A DNA stretch of 63,902 bases, counting the filler, from Octopus bimaculoides (taxonomy: Eukaryota): NCBI RefSeq assembly GCF_001194135.2. It is 7 parts of 6 records of this genome, joined end to end, with 100 filler letters (N's around TTAATTAATTAA, not from the genome) between each part and the next. Parts side by side here need not be neighbours in the genome. Positions count along the whole stretch, not along the records: positions 60,819 to 62,783 come from NC_068982.1; positions 62,884 to 63,902 come from NW_026305218.1; 5 more parts are not named here. One strand, written 5' to 3'. A model generated the notes under the pieces. That model was not told the DNA's origin, searched no databases, and saw nothing but the letters and a program-made list of their open reading frames with translations. The position numbers were made by a program, and so were the translations under genes. This document shows, piece after piece, positions 62,198 through 63,902 of the stretch (its first letter is position 1; each line of letters begins with the position of its first letter).

Positions 62198-62319
62198 TGA
62201 TGTTGCTATGCTAATTGTCAGTGATGACAGGTGGGAAGAGGCAATGCAAAACGAGACACTTGATTTTAAAAAAGGCTATCGTCAAACACCAATGAGAAAA
62301 TTAATTAGAAAAATGCCAG
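62198..62319 (+). CDS. Internal coding exon of a TRPA-family (TRPA1-like) channel, at the ankyrin-end / pre-S1 linker
   Basis: 122-nt exon between acceptor CTAATTTCAG| and donor CAG|GTGAGG. It translates to xDVAMLIVSDDRWEEAMQNETLDFKKGYRQTPMRKLIRKMP, resembling the TRPA RW-x2-A/C ... TP/CP-x3-I-x2-MP/LP region (human TRPA1 as recalled: IIRSKRWDECLK...KCPITEMIEYLPE). Not in the ORF track. Confidence 0.75.
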
Positions 62320-62419
62320 GTGAGGATATGTCGTTCTTTGTATATGAATCTGTACTACAACCATAGGTAGCCTACCATTTCACACTTATTTACTTATAGT
62401 ATTATATTAATCTTTTACT

Positions 62420-62620
62420 TGTGTCAGTCATTTTTGACTGCGGCCATGCTGGGGCACTGAAGGGTTTCAGTCGAACAAATTGACCCCAGGACTTACCCTT
62501 TAAAGCCTGGTACTTATTCTATCGGTCACTTTTGCTGAACCACTATGTTACAGGGACATAAACATATCGACACCAGTTGTCAAGTGGCAGTGGTGGACAA
62601 ACGCAAACACAAAGACACAC
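62420..62620 (-). mobile_element. SINE family 1, 3' half
   Basis: TTTTACTTGTGTCAGTCATTTTTGACTGCGGCCATGCTGG is the reverse family 1 tail. Confidence 0.75.
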
Positions 62621-62728
62621 ACACACACAGATATATATACATACATACATACATATATATGTATCTGAACATACTTACATATATATACATATATATACAT
62701 ATATATATGCATATATATATATATACAT

Positions 62729-62783
<55 letters not shown>

Positions 62784-62927
62784 NNNNNNNNNNNNNNNNN
62801 NNNNNNNNNNNNNNNNNNNNNNNNNNNTTAATTAATTAANNNNNNNNNNNNNNNNNNNNNNNNNNNNNNNNNNNNNNNNNNNNATGGCCGCAGTCAAATG
62901 ACTGAAACAAATAAAAGAGTAAAAGAA

Positions 62928-63410
62928 TATGTACATTGTTTTGTCTTGACATAAAAGATGGGCTACAGCAAATATTCTGCTTAATACCACAGATTTGCTT
63001 GTCAATTGTTTGACCGTAACCAGTTGAGCATGTCCCTTGGTGGCTGACGATATGTGCATCTCTGATCATGAGCAGAAGTAGTGGGGGAGCATCATAGCCA
63101 TGTGTTGAGAGGAATTCTTTGAGGTTTGAATAATTCCCCTCTGGAAACATAGGTGTTTTGCTCAACATCCTTAAACAAACCTTATTCAGGGACCTTTTGA
63201 GCAGGATGGGCTATCCGACCTGAAGAAAATTCTAACTGGGCCCCACCTGTGAGGTCATGCGCTGTTTATCTTGATATGAGATCACCATGTCGCACACATA
63301 TGTTTGTGATGCATCTGCCTGGGGTACCCTTATCATTAGGGTAGTCATATACTGGGCTTCGTATATTTTACCCCAGTGTCCCTTTGATGGCATACACTGC
63401 CCTCTCACTC
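62928..63410. mobile_element. Longest copy of the (AAT)n-associated non-coding repeat
   Basis: Overlaps both the 25390-25593 and 55927-56038 fragments and ends in (AAT)n at 63411-63450. Confidence 0.75.
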
Positions 63411-63902
63411 AATAAATAATAATAATAATGATGCTAATAACAATAATAATAATCACTTAAAAACCTTAAGGTGTATAATTAACTATTAACAATATATCTA
63501 CCATTTTTGTTAACCTAGTTTTCACATGACTTACATACAACTAGTACTTGCCAAGTTTATGTAGCTGTCACCTCAGAACTTGACTTCTCAGGAGCAAAGA
63601 AAGCATGTAGGACAGCAGACAAAAGGTAACTTATAACAGCTACAGGCTGTGGACTCAAATCGTTTTCTTTCATATGGAAAAGAAAAAAGAATGAATCTGA
63701 TTCATAACCTCATTAGTACATCTCAGCAGCAGTAAAGAAAATAATAGGAAATAAGGGTTAAACAGAATTTCCAAATGTGAATGAAAACATTCAGAATTAA
63801 ATTGTAATAAATAACACAAATATATGTGTATATATATATATATAATATATAGTATATATATATATATATATATACTCTTTTACTCTCTTTTACTTGTTTC
63901 AG

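Noticed and set aside
63528-63700. Splice-donor-like sites on both strands in unique sequence
   Set aside because: - strand frames contain stops, and the + strand candidate peptide does not resemble the expected next TRPA exon.

Overview
Repeat-dominated, AT-rich animal genomic DNA with many N gaps. The SINE, RTE and Penelope content suggests a cephalopod (Octopus-like); this is inference, no search was run. Six 100-bp spacers (N44-TTAATTAATTAA-N44) show the window is seven contigs joined in silico, so order and orientation across them are uncertain. Only two host-gene exons are recognisable: a VPS54 exon (- strand, 31822-31964) and a TRPA-family channel exon (+ strand, 62198-62319). The rest is microsatellite, tRNA-derived SINEs, decayed RTE, CR1/L2 and R4/Dong-like LINEs, three Penelope-like element (PLE) bodies, Tc1/mariner and Helitron remnants, foldbacks and a 1.3-kb minisatellite. 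The main signal the ORF track misses is a set of type I hammerhead ribozymes in PLE-type terminal repeats. Four are intact or near-intact (34228-34286 -, 35049-35190 +, 51763-51821 +, 60922-60990 -) and several more are decayed. All four have a palindromic (or once-mutated palindromic) stem III, and three have a long stem II. The 35049 ribozyme has an intact core, a 105-nt structured stem II and a possible pseudoknot or conformational switch with its own 3' flank. Most ORFs in the supplied track are artefacts of microsatellites and N runs.
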